Made by a program: the position numbers and the translations under genes. 64,000 bases of DNA from Mobula birostris (taxonomy: Eukaryota): positions 23,319,289 to 23,383,288 of the forward strand of contig NC_092396.1 of the NCBI RefSeq assembly GCF_030028105.1, given 5' to 3'. Each line of letters begins with the position of its first letter. Positions within the stretch are counted from its first letter, which is position 1. The notes under the pieces are model-generated. The model did no database searches. It was not told the DNA's origin and worked only from the letters and a program-made list of their open reading frames with translations. Below, piece after piece: positions 1 through 12,572 of this stretch.

Positions 1-116
1 TTGACCTTGAATAAGTTTGAGCTGGAAGATTGAAGAAAATCTATTAAAAATGAGAAATTAATGTTTATATCTGGCTGTTTTGAATTGATTATCATTTATG
101 TTCATATCTTTCATAG

Positions 117-193
117 GATATGGAAAACAAGATCAGAAGTACATTGAATGATATCTACTTTGGGAAAACAAAGGATATTGTGAATGGACTAAG
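117..193 (+). CDS. CAPZB: F-actin capping protein beta subunit, last common coding exon (77 nt)
   Basis: ttcatag|GAT...CTA AG|gtaatg; translates DMENKIRSTLNDIYFGKTKDIVNGLR, near-identical to vertebrate CAPZB. Confidence 0.97.
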
Positions 194-1289
194 GTAATGT
201 ATAATGTGTTATTACTATATATAAACTTTGGAAATATTTTAACCAACCCATTGCAGCTTTAATTCAGGAAATCCAGATGGTTCAGAGATGTAGATAAAAA
301 TTGGCTGCAGAGGAGTCTAACCCAATGTTTTGCCTTAGCTGTAGATTTTAGTGAAAGTCTTAAAAAGGAAGGGGTTTGGAAAGTTTTAAGAAAATCCTGG
401 AATGCTGCCCAAGGAGGCTAAAAGCACAGAGTGTAACATGGGCCAAAGAGATGATCCATAGCAGCCCTGGCAAGGCCATCAATGTACTTCAAAACAAGAT
501 TGAAAATTTTACATTGGGAGCAAAGGTCCTGAGGATAATGGGAGAATGTCACTTGGTTTGACTTGGATATTGGCACCAAAGGAACAATGTTTGTGATGGG
601 GCTGGAGTCACAGGGTGTCTTTTTTGATGTTTAGCTGTAAATAGTGGAGTGTAGACTAAGAAGGCATGCTATCCATGGAAATGTGATAACCAAGGCTGGA
701 TAGAAACCAGATGAAGTTAATCCCATCACTCTAGGCTATTAGGATCTGTAATTAGAAGTGGTGATCACTGTCATGCATATAACTTGGGGAAACTAATGCG
801 CTCTCTTCTGCATCATAATGTTAGCTGAAAGATTTTAATTTAAGAACTGAGGTATATTTCAACAAATCGTATGTTTTAATTTGTAAAGTGAAACTTCATT
901 TCTGAACTTTTTCATTGTGAGTGACTTGGAGCAGCAGAAGTAAAAGCTATAGCTTTCACTGGCTTCACAGTGTCAAGAAAGCTAGGAGTATATTCCAGTC
1001 TTGTAGACAGCTGCATTGTTTCATTTCAGCTAGTGAGAGGAAAGGGAAGGTCCATTCTAGCCTCGCATCAGCTGCTGTTCAAGTGTATGCAGTATGAGGC
1101 AATGCTTGAACATTGTGTTCACTGAGGTCTTATCTGAAATTGCCTCATTGACAGGAAATGAAGTGCAATGCTTGACTTGTGTTTCTTTTGTGACTGGAAG
1201 GATGCTTCCAGCTCTGTTTTATGGTGCACTTTACTAGAACCCTTATTTTTGAGGCACTTATCAATTACTTGGCCTTAAAATGAATGCTT

Positions 1290-1960
1290 AACAAGAACTG
1301 TCACCTAGTACAAAGTACTGAGGAAGAAGGACGAGTCTGTGGGTAGTAATGTAGCAAAGAGAGTAGAATGCAGCTGAATGAAATTACGCATTTCAGTAAA
1401 CTGGGCAAAGTAAAGCAATGCACAATAGGAAAGGTAATAAAACAGACACAAGAGTGTATGCTATAGTTGAAGAAGGTGCTTATGAAAGCACATTGGATTC
1501 TTCCAGTTAACAGTTGAGGCATTAAAAATAAAACTGGGAATTGATACTCTTTAAAAGACTGGTTAGTCTATAGCTACTGTCTTGTCACCACTTTATAGAA
1601 GATCTGTAAAAGAAAATTTTAGCAATGTAACATAATATTGAAGAGGCTAAAGTAGCTTTCTTTGAAATAAAGGTGATTAAGGTATGATTTAGTTGAGCTG
1701 TATAAAATTTTATACAAATAATTGGGACAAGGTTAGTGGACAAGGTAAGTAGTAAAATTTTCGCTCAATTCACCTGAAGCACACACTCAGTTTACTTTAG
1801 GAGTAGGAGAAATCTTCGGCAGTTATGTCGTACTTGGATGTATTTCTGAAATCCAACACCCTGCTAAAACTATAGACAGAGCCCTGGAAGTTAGGATTAG
1901 ACCAGATGGGCTCTTTCTGTGCTGGTATGGACTTGAGCCAAGTGGCATTCTTTTCTCTTT
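1290..1960 (+). mobile_element. Old, decayed CR1 LINE 3' fragment in CAPZB intron
   Basis: Degenerate CR1 RT C-terminal and 3' end motifs. Confidence 0.5.
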
Positions 1961-2365
1961 GTATTTCTTGAATTGTATAATAATGTAGTCAATGATGTGA
2001 GGTGATCTTTGTCTTCCCCCTCATTGGGACTGAAGATGCAGTTCATATGGGTTTTTGTTCAGGAAGTTTATTTAGATAATAGGCTTGCTAAAGATAAAAG
2101 TTTAGTACAACATTATGTGTTTATTTTTATATATGTGTCCTGATATTGTGGTTAGGAATTGTAATGTAAAGGTTAAATGGTGATTGAATGTAATATAATA
2201 TATTAAGATGTAATTTAGTTAAAGAATTTCCGTTTAACGTTTTTGAGCATGTTATCCAAAATAAGAATTCTGTTAAAATGAGATTTGTGTATGAAGAGAG
2301 CACCATTCCTAAGGTTTGTATGTATCTCTTGAACTTATTGATGTTTTAAAAATGTTTCTGGATTA

Positions 2366-2630
2366 CTTCTCTCTTTCCTTTACTTTCATGTAAAAATAAA
2401 ACATCTTTATAGATCAATTGATGATATACCAGACACCCAAAAGCTTAAGCAGTTACAGAGGGAACTGTCTCAAGTACTCACCCAGCGCCAGATCTTCATC
2501 CAGCCTGATAATTAAATGCCCAGGTATCTGCCTGTGAGGCTTAAACTGTGATTAACTGACACTTAACTGGGCTGAAATGATCAGTCTTTATCATTGCATG
2601 AACTTTTACTGGTAATTCTAACCCTTAACC
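2366..2630 (+). promoter_or_regulatory. Splicing-regulatory motifs around the beta1 exon
   Basis: CU-rich tract ~2366-2388 upstream (PTB-type); downstream TGCATG 2595-2600 (RBFOX) and CTAAC 2618-2622 plus several TTAAC (QKI-like). Confidence 0.55.
2413..2515 (+). CDS. CAPZB: CAPZB beta1 (muscle) alternative exon, coding part; exon continues to donor at 2523
   Basis: tttatag|A TCA ATT...; [33 protein letters not shown] matches the beta1 C-terminus; donor CCAG|gtatct; phase fits the previous exon. Confidence 0.96.
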
Positions 2631-2793
2631 AACCTCACTGAAGGCAACTGCTGCGTTTTATTACAGAGTGAGCACAATACTTGATCACGTGGTCTGTGAA
2701 AGTGCTTTTATAACTTTACATCTTGATGTGTCATTGTGCTGAAAGTTTGTGTAGAATTAATTTTCATTTGGGAGCTTCTAAAAGGATGTTCTA

Positions 2794-3352
2794 CACTTAG
2801 TGGCCACTATTAAAAACACCTGTACACTGCTCGTTAATGCAAATATTTAATCAGCCAATCATGTGGCAGCAACTCAGTGTATAAAAGCATGCAGACATGG
2901 TCAAGAGGTTCAGTTTTTGTTCAGACCAAACATCAGAATGGGGAAGAAATGTGATCTAAGTGACTTTGACTGTAGAATGATTGTTGGTGCCAGATGGGGT
3001 GGCTTGAGTATCTCAGAAACTGCTGATCTGGAATTTTCACGCACAGCAGTCTCTAGAGTTTACAGAGGATAGTGCAGCAAAAAACATCCAATGAGTGGCA
3101 GTTCTGTGGGCAAAAATGCCTTGTTAATGAGAGAGGTCAGAGGCAAATGGCCAGACTGATTCAAGCTGGCAGGAAGGTAACAGTAACTCGAATAACCATG
3201 TGTTACAACAGTAGTGCTAAGAAGCACATCTCAGAACACACAACACATTGAACCTTGGAGTGGATGGGCTACAGCAGCAGAAGACCATGAACATACAGTC
3301 AGTGGCCACTTTATTAGGCACAGGAGGTACCTAATTAGATGGCCACTGAGTG
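2794..3352 (+). mobile_element. Tc1/mariner-derived non-autonomous element
   Basis: TA|CACTTAGTGGCCAC...GGCCACTGAGTG|TA; transposase N-terminal remnant MGKKCDLSDFDCRMIVGAR. Confidence 0.85.
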
Positions 3353-5058
3353 TATGCATTGAAGGACTTTTCATTTGATACATATACATGCTTTTAAGTT
3401 TATGACTTCCATGGGAAATCATTAAATTTCATAGAACATATTACTATTTTTTTTTTAAATTCTGGGCAGTTTGAAATGCAGAATTCACCAGTCCTGCCAT
3501 TGTGATCGAAAGTTTTCTTTGCGTACTATCTTCATTATTGGTAATGCGTTGTCCTGAGTATAGTATGTTATTCACATTGCATATTTAACGTAGCAAAGCA
3601 TCTCAGTGTCTCTTCTTGTTCTGAGATAAATCCTCACAAAGAATGTGTTGTTACCGAATCATATTGGACAGTTACTGGGCTATACTGTTCGTTCATTTCC
3701 TGGAATTAGTGGGGACTAGCTAATTGCCATAATTACTCCTAATTGCCATCTATCTGTTTTGCTGGAAAGTGAGAGGCAGAGATTGGGGTTGCCCATGCAC
3801 TTCACGTTCCAAAAGTCTTCTAGTGTTATAACCTATGTAACACTTACATAAATACCTGTGGTGTTTCCTACCAGGATGCTACATTTTCAAGAAAGATGGA
3901 AAAGTAAAATAATTTACTATCCAGCTTTGTGAATTCTTCTAAAAAGATACAGTTAGTACATTAATCAAATTAAAATTTATATTTAACTTTTCTCACTTTT
4001 ATTAAAGTTTTGATTTGTTACCATTTAGTTCAGCGTGCAAGTTCTGTTAGAATTGGGATTGTCTTTTTGAGGCTACTACTGCGATCTCAGGGTGGATAAG
4101 TTCTTGTTCAGTGTTTAGTACAGAGAAGTGGGGTGTGGGTCCTCTTTGTGGCTGATGGGAGTAATTAGTGAAGTGACTTTTAGAGCAATGTTAAATCATG
4201 AAGAAAAGCTTAAGTCCACGGCTTATTAATTCCCTTTGACACTGGGCAATTCCCAGAAGGAAGTTGGGAAACACCGTTCATTGAATGCACAAAACATGTT
4301 GCATCTCACTTGAATGTAGCTTTTACAATGTGAGATGGAAATTCTGTGTGCTTAGCTGAAGAAAGATCTGCTTGCTGTTCCTGGCAAAAGATAAAACAGG
4401 AAAAAAAGTGGCCAAATGGATATCATGTTAAGCTAACTGAAGTAATTACATGTGAGTTTAATATTTTGGGAGTTCCTGCATGTAGTGAACTTGGTAAAGG
4501 CTTTCAGCTGAGCATGACACTTGCCTTTAAATAGGCTTTAAAATCTCAGCAAGAACTCTCAATGTGTGATTGTTCATCATGACTGACTACTTTGACTTTT
4601 TAAAAAAAAGTTAACTATGTATTTCAAAACAAATGATTATTCTATAACTGTGTGGCTCCTCTGTCTCCTACAGTGATCACTTTTTAGTGAGAAATGAAAA
4701 TCTTTATTAGAATACAACTTTTGAATAACCCCTTGCACATGGAAACTGCAAATGAAGTCTTGGTACTGGTGTACTCAGGTTGCAGACGCTCTCATTCAAG
4801 TCAGCATGGGTTCAGTTATAAATTTTGCTTTGGAATTTGCACTTCTGATCAGTGTAATAATTTGTAGATTCTCATTTTGTTGAAAAATTTGTGCTTTTAA
4901 TCCAGTATTCCTTTTATTCTGTTTTCTTACCTTAAAAATTTGCTATTCTCCATGTTGCCTTAAGCCCTGATCTTTTCCCTCAAATATTAGGATTCAGTAT
5001 CTGACCAGTTATCTCAGCTGTAGGAGTATTAGTGCTTGAAATAAAAGGGGAGCGAGCT

Positions 5059-5099
5059 GGGGGGGGGGGGGGCGGGGGTGGGGAGGGGAGGGGTGTGGG
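5059..5099 (+). repeat. G-run cluster with G-quadruplex potential
   Basis: G14-C-G5-T-G4-A-G4-A-G4-TGT-G3. Confidence 0.75.
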
Positions 5100-7300
5100 T
5101 TGTACCACTTGTGTGGCACTTCTGAAAGGGAGCAGCATCCACTAACTGCTTAATATTTCAACCTAAAATAATTGCTGTGGATAGAAGAGTAAATTTCCTC
5201 TTTCTAGCTGGAGTCTTGTTTCCTATGCAGACTTCTAAAAACCCTGATGTTCATAAAAATTGCAAGGGAAACCTTTTCCTTTCGGTCTTGATCTTAAAAT
5301 AGTTACTAGTGAGATGATACTAATGCCAGATTCTAGAGTTTGTTTCCAAATGACTCCTCATATAGGACCTTACTGATGTGCAGGGGATGTTAACCCATCA
5401 AAGTTCTATTTCACTTGTAGGTTACTATTTCTCCGCATCACTCACATTACAACTGTGACCACAGAGCCAGTGAAACTTATTTTCATTTCCAAGTTTAATA
5501 TATTAATTCTAAAATGCTGAAGTGACCAGGATTTAACGTGTGGTTGTGTAATTCTACAACTGTTCAGATTATTTACTGTACAAGGAACGTATCAGCCTCA
5601 GACTGAACAAGAGACAAAATGCACATTTACTGTAGAACTAGGCATGTTTACTTTCTACCAGCGATTTGAGTTCACAGCCTATAACTTACTAAATTAAATT
5701 AGCTGTTTTATGCTGTTTGGTTTTCTTTAGGTTGGCAAGTGAGGTTAAATTTACTTAGTGCCTTGGAATCATTTGATAACAGAAATAGCTCTTTAGTCAG
5801 ATCGTGGTCTTTGATGGAATAAAATTCCTCTCAGCATGTTGAAATTGGTTAATCTGTCACTTTGCTTCGAAAACTTGTGTTAGTTTTCAATCGATCACAA
5901 AGTACTGCCAGCCATACTTCCTGTAGGTTTATTGGAGATAACAGCCAATACGTTCATTTGTGCTACACAGCAGGTGAGAACTCAAGGACTCATTTGGGCA
6001 AGGAAACTTGTGACAAAATTGATGCAAGTTTACATTTTCACCCTTTCTGAACGTTCACTTTATAAAGGGTTCGTTCTAATTCAGAACAGTTGTTTTCTAG
6101 AATTCCTCCGAACACTGAGATACACTAATCTAACAGTAAACATGCTCATCTCCCCTTCAGCAGACGTGTTGATATAATGATGTAACAAGCAGGAGTAAGC
6201 CAGGAAGCACCTACCATGGATCATTTATTCACCATTCTATTTAGTAATTACTGATCCAAAAATAACTTGTTTACTGTTTTTGTTTCATAAATTGACTACT
6301 TACTGGTTAGTGCAAATGTATTATTCCCAATCTCAGAAATTCTTATTTTATGCAGTAGCGCTCTGTAAATCCAGATAAATTGGTTCTGTTTTTCATTCCC
6401 TATTTGTTAAATCCCCAAAGAACTCCAGCTGATCTGTCAAATGTGATTTCCTTTTCATAAAACCATATTGATTTCACTTGGGTATCTTATTTTTGAGGAA
6501 AATTGAAACATTGGATACTGCAAGGATATTTTCTGTTTAGAAGCATTTACAACTAGGGGCATAATTTCAGAATAAGGAGTCAAGAATGAGGAGCAGTTTC
6601 TTCTCCAAGGATCATGAATCTCTGGATTTTTCTAACCCAGAAAACTGTGGAGGCAGTGTAACTGAGTATATTTAAGGTCATTGACATGCGGGGTATAGTA
6701 TAAGGGGAGAAAGCAAGAAAATAGTTTTAGGTTTTCTGTCGTACTGCTACATTGTCAATAGATTCTAATATTTTTCCAGTAACAGATGCCAGTTGAACTG
6801 CTCTATCACTTCCTGATTTCTGTCTCTTTTTAGTCATAGTGCTATATTTGCAGTTTTCCAGTCTTCTGTGGCCTCTCCAGAATCAAGGGAATTTTAAATA
6901 TCCTAGTTTTATTTTTCATTTAATTGTCATCTCAGACAAAGTTAACAGAACACAGGTGAATTTTTAAAATGATTTTTATTAGAAAACAAGCTGCGCAGGT
7001 TCGTAGTGGTCTAAGCATGCTCTATGGGCCAGACAAATGGGAACAGCGCGAAGGATGAAATGGAGGAATGGAATGCACAGCTTGAGATTCTTCGGGTCCT
7101 ATAAAAAGCATGTTGAAATCCAAAAGAATGAGACCACTAAGAGCTACTGTATTTGCACCATGCACCTGTGGTGACATCACCTTTTAGTCATCGTCACTGC
7201 TGTTGTTTTAATACCACCAAGTTGTTCTACGGATTTGATTTCCACAGCAGAGTTTTGTACAGTCCTTCACCTAGTTAACTGTTGTTCATTTGTTTCACAG

Positions 7301-7394
7301 GTCTGTGCCATCACTTGCAGACAGATCAAGCCAGGAAGCTCTGATAACTAATTTGGCAGAAGCTTTGAAGAAAAGACAGCAGCAACCTTATTGA
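7301..7394 (+). CDS. CAPZB: CAPZB beta2 terminal exon, coding part
   Basis: tttcacag|G TCT GTG...; SVPSLADRSSQEALITNLAEALKKRQQQPY* resembles human beta2 [28 protein letters not shown]. Confidence 0.94.
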
Positions 7395-7731
7395 TTCTTA
7401 GCTAACTGACAAAAGCAAAGCACTGTCAGTTTCAGTTACATTTGTTTTCTTATTTCTTTTGTTCTTTAATTTGTCCCTTTTAAAATTTGCCTGAACTATT
7501 CGTTTAAAAGCCATTCTAACCCTGTCCGAATTGTATAAAATGCTGTGTTTTAGCTTGTAAAACCTACTTCAAACTATAAGAAAGCTTATTTCACAATCCA
7601 ACATGAGGAACATTTACTAAAAGGCATCTTGTACTTTCATTTTTGTTGGTCACATTGGTTAACACAACACCAACCTAGCATTTTTTTTTGTTCAAGGACA
7701 CTGGTTATGCTTATGTAAAATGTAAAGCAAG

Positions 7732-8014
7732 AATAAAATTGACTTGCAAATGACTATGGTGGGATGGAGACCCAATCTCACCAGAGCATCATGTTATAAT
7801 TACCGGTTTTAACTTTCCAAGGAACAAGGGTTGTATGTTCAGTATTGTACTATAGAAAAGATATGATATAAATTGTCCTGAAATTCTACAAATTCTAACA
7901 TATTGCCTTTAAGGTTTTCCCGTGTCAATATTTTAAAGAATGCAAGGGTTTCTTTTGTAAAGCTTAAACATTGAAATGTACATCTTGTACTTGAACCTCC
8001 AACTTAAAAATAAA
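7732..8014 (+). terminator. Candidate CAPZB polyadenylation signals (AATAAA 7732-7737 and 8009-8014)
   Basis: Hexamers in the AT-rich 3'UTR; the distal one is followed by T/GT-rich sequence. Confidence 0.6.
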
Positions 8015-8505
8015 TAGAAATAGTAAATCACAACAAACAGCACTTGTATGTTAATTCCATTTCTTTTTAACAATGTGTTTCACATTTTAAAAGCATGTGA
8101 AAATATACAAATCATTCCAAGTCTACTCCCCCCATACAGTTAAATCTTGGCTAATCTTCACTTCATTTATCTGTCTTAGATCCATTTTATGGATCCCCTG
8201 ACCTCATAAAATTCGAACTACTTAGTTCTAGATATCCCAGTTGTCCTACTATCCATAGATTTCTAGGAGAAGAGAATCATGGAGTTGCAGGAATCATTGG
8301 ACAGCACTCTGCCCAGTATGCCATAACATTGTTGTTTATCTTGCTAATAAAGAAGATGTTGCAATTTGAGATAGCTTACTAGTTTGCAGTGGCTGAACTC
8401 TGACTGTGTTTCCTCTTTTTCACAGCCCTTCTAAAGTTAGACTCCACGATCAAATATACTTTTCCCCAGACTCCCATTGACATCACTAGATATTGTGCCT
8501 CTGTG

Positions 8506-8605
8506 GGTCCTGATGAAGGATCTCGGCCAAAATGTTACTCTTTATTCCTCTCAATAGATGCTGCCTGACCTGCTGAGTTCTTCCAGCATTTTGTATATGT
8601 TCCCG
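8506..8605 (+). mobile_element. Penelope-like element terminal fragment with decayed hammerhead core
   Basis: gtcCTGATGAaggatctcggccaaaatgttac...gatgctgcctgacctgctgagttcttccagcattttg. Confidence 0.6.
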
Positions 8606-8990
8606 CAACCTTGGTTTCCTGACATTTTGGAGTCTCCTATTACCAGGAAGAACTCTTTCATTTCATGCCATGGGATCTTTTACAGCCATTAGAGTGAGTC
8701 CTAAAAGTTAAGAAATATACTTTTACTTCCTATATATTTTACACTTCTTCCCTTAATTTAGTTTCATTAATCAATATCTATGAACTCGTTTTGTATTCCC
8801 TTAAAATATCACTTAATACCACTTTCTGTGTTTCACTTGTCTATTAATGCATGTTTGAACTTCCACCAATTCCACTTCCTTGGAAGATCCATTGTTTCTT
8901 CTTGCCCCGGAGAACTGATTTCTTTCAACTCCATATGTGCTTTAAATAGTAGCAGAGTCCAGAAGAAGATTAACGATTCTGATCTCCAAT

Positions 8991-9930
8991 AATTCAGTGG
9001 GAGGCAAGTTGCAGAAATTGCAGGGGCCCTAGCAGAGATATTTGGACCAGCTGGGAAAATGGACTGAAAAATGGCAGATGAAATTTAATGCAGACAAGTG
9101 TGAGGTGTTGCATTTCAGTAGGACCAGCCAGGGTAGGTTTTACACAGTAAACGGTAGGGCACTGTGGAGTGCAGTAGAACAAAGGGATCTGGGAATTTAG
9201 GTCCATAATTCATTGAAACTAGAATCACAGGTAGATAAGGTTGTAAAGAAAGCTTTACGCACATTGACCTTCATAAATCAAAGCACTGAGTACAGGAGAT
9301 GAATATCGTGTGAGTTGTATGAAGCATTATTAAGGCCTAATTTGCAGTTTTGGTGATCTACGTACAGAAAAAATGTAAATGAGATTGAAAGTATAGAGAA
9401 AATCTACAAGGATGTAGCCAGTACTGGATGGCCCAAGTTAAAAGGAATGATTTAATAGGTTAGGACCTTATTCCTTGGAACATGGAAGATTGAGGGGAGA
9501 CTTGAGAGAGGTCTATCAAATGATGGGTATAGATAGGGTAAATGCAAGCAGGCTTTTTCCACTGAGGTTGAGTGGGACTCCAACCAGAGGTCATGGGTTA
9601 AAGGTGAAAGGTGAAAAGTTTAAGGGGAGCATGAGCGCAAACTTCTTCATACTAGACTTTGGAACGAGCAGCCAGTGCAAGCGGTGCATGCAAGCTCAAT
9701 TTCAATGTTTAATAGAAGTTTGGATAGGTACGTGGATGCAGGGGTGTAAAGGGCTATGGCCCTGGTGCAGGTCGATGGGACAAGGCCAGAGGTTCCCAAC
9801 CTTTCTTACACCATGGGCCAATACCATTAACCAGGGGGTCCATGGACCCCTGGACTAATGAGTTTAGCTGGTTTAGCATGTACTAGACAGGACAAAGGGC
9901 CTGTTTCTGTGCTGTTCTTTTCTATGACTA
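8991..9930 (+). mobile_element. CR1 LINE 3' part (internally deleted) with small hAT-MITE fragment at ~9788-9853
   Basis: RLRGDLREVYQMM...TRGHGLKVKG; CR1 tail ctatgactat. Confidence 0.85.
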
Positions 9931-9934
9931 TCTG

Positions 9935-10205
9935 AGGGAGTGTTGTGGTGCAAGGTTTCCTAGTATCACTCAGTGACAGTAATTTCAAGAGCAAAAGAGT
10001 TATCTGTTGTATCCCAGCTGATATTTATCCCAGAGTCAATAGCAGTAAATAAAGTATCTGCCAATTATCATATTTGTAGAATGTTTTAGTGTGCAAATTA
10101 TCTGTGCATTTTCTACATTATAGCAGCGACTGGAACTTCAGAAATATCCTGTAATGGACTTGGACTTTAGTCAGTCATCTGTGCAATATATGACAGCATA
10201 TTGAT
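9935..10205 (+). mobile_element. Decayed Deu-domain (SacSINE1-like) SINE; another fragment on the minus strand at ~14500-14630
   Basis: gtgcaaattatctgtgcattttctacattatagcagcgact resembles the shark SINE 3' region. Confidence 0.45.
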
Positions 10206-10676
10206 ATTTTTTCCAGTTCTGCAAAGGTCATTGAACTGTGAAATTAACTCTGCTTCTCTTTCTACAGAACCAGCCCAACCCCATGAATATTTCTAGTGTT
10301 TTCTACTAGTATAATTGCAGCTCCTGTAGTATTTTGCTTCTGAAACTTTTCAACCTGAAGATATCAATTAAAAAAAAATACACTAGCTAAGAATGGCTAA
10401 CTGCCTAAGAGTGTATTCTAATCTCCAAGCACACCACCGGGCTACTTTGAAACCTGCATATCCTAACGCATATCTCTAAGGTGTAGGTGACTTCTAAGGT
10501 TTTAGAATAAAGCTGCCACCTTGCAAAGTCCAATCACAAGCAGTTTTCTGCCAAGACTAAGACGTAAACATTACATTCTGATTGGGACTAATCTGTCTAG
10601 GGGATTGTGTCACATTGATTTTAAATGTAGTTACAGTAGCTGCACTCTAATACATATTTTGAATCTATATAGATAT

Positions 10677-11205
10677 GATTCACCTGAAACCCCGCTGGTT
10701 TCCTTGGCTGCATAAGTCTAGGGAAGACACACTCCGGTCCCGCTAAACCGTGAGATTGAAACGGCTCTCCCACCCCAGACCCCGGTTTGTGTGGATGCTG
10801 TGTAATTTGCAACCCTGTTACAACTCAGTACCAAGAAACAGCAGACAACACCCTGCATACAATTAAATCAATTATATTTATGAATCTTAGCCAAAGGGTT
10901 AGTAAAGAAATGAAAGTTAAAATAAACAAAAAGAGCTCATTATAATTAAACAGTCAAATGTGCACCAGTTGGAGCTCAACTCTTCCCAAATTCATATTCA
11001 CCAATCCTCAGTCGATCTTGGCACTTGGCTCCATTGAATCATGGCCCCCCACTGGGTCGAAACCTACGATTGGTACTCTCCAGAGACTTTTCTCTTCATC
11101 TCCTGCCGAACAAAGGACCCAGCTCACATTCCAAAGCACCTGTTATCTCTAATGATAACCCAAACACTGTTAGGTGAGCAGTGAAACCTTTCCCAGGGTG
11201 TTACA
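10677..11205 (-). mobile_element. Probable solo LTR
   Basis: Minus strand begins TGTAACACCCTGGG; ~530 bp, non-coding; far end degenerate. Confidence 0.5.
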
Positions 11206-11479
11206 AACCCAAAATATAAATCAAAGCAGCACATCTCCCACAGTGATGATGAATTAGTAAAATAGACATTGCAAACGTTTTCTTGAAAGTTGTGTATTTA
11301 AATACAAAAATAAATATGATTACAACCAACTGTTTTCCTGTCAAAACATTTTACAATTATAATTACTGCATTCATTACTTATGCTAATTTATACTTTAAA
11401 CCAAATGCATACTGCCATGTTTTTTTCACTTGAAGATGGGAGAGAGGCCCAAGAGAGCAAAGATAATAAATACATCTTC

Positions 11480-12572
11480 ATCCCCAAAAGGGCTACATTC
11501 ATCATTAAGGACCCCCGTCACCCAGAAATGGGTTCTCTTCTTAGTACTACCATCAGAGAGGAAGTACAAGAACCCAAAGACGCACTCAGTGTTTCAGGAA
11601 CAGCTTCTACCCCTCGACTATCAATTCAAAGTACATTTATTATCAAAGTATATGTGCAGTGTACAACCCTGAGATTCGTCTTTCTACAGACAGCCACGGA
11701 ACAAAGAAACACCATGGGACCAGTTCAAAGAAAAATATGAAAAGGCCCTCCCGCCCCCCGCCCCACCCCATACACACAAAAAAACGCACAAACGGCAAGA
11801 AAATGAGCGAAAACCACAAACTAGAAAGAATCCAGCCATATTCAATTCAGCTCATTTCTAGTTCAATCAAGCACTGTGTTGTACGATATCTGCAGGCCGT
11901 CCAGATCAAAATCGTCCAAAATAGCAATTGAAATAAAAAGGAGCGACCAGAAACCAGAAACACGTCATAACATGAACTACAGAGCCCAAACCACACACCA
12001 CATTGATTAAACCTTGCCCAAGCCTCAGAACTTGAGGGAGAGACAGAGACCTGTCAAATGCAGGGATCTTCCTCCGGGAGCAGTGAATGAGAGGAAGAGA
12101 GAGAATGGACAATCAACCAGCCCATGAACACTTAATCACCAGTTTTGCTCTTACTTTGCACTACTTAATTTTAAAAATACATTTCTTATTGTAATTTATA
12201 GTTTTTTGTGTATTGCAATGTACTGCTGCTGCAAAACAACAAGGACATGCCCTTTTCTCACTGTTACCATCAGGTAGGAGGTACAGAAGCCTGCAGGCAC
12301 ACACTCAGCGATTCAGGAACAGCTTCTTCCCTTCTGCCATCTGATGGACGTTGAACTCTTGGACACTACCTCACTTTTGTCATTATATATTATTTCTGTT
12401 TTTTGCAGTATTTTAATCTATTCAATATACATATACTGTAATTGATTTATTTATTTATCATTATTACTGTTTTGTTTTGTTTTCTTTCTTCTGTATTATG
12501 TATTGCATTGAACTGCTGCTGCTAAGTTAACAAATTTCATGACACATGCCGGTGATAGTAAACCTGATTCTG
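11480..12572. mobile_element. Rex1/Babar 3' fragments (+) interrupted by a minus-strand LINE-tailed non-autonomous element (~11620-12110)
   Basis: ccatcaggtaggaggtacagaagcctg...ttcaggaacagcttcttccc; tail aaacctgattctga. Confidence 0.7.
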
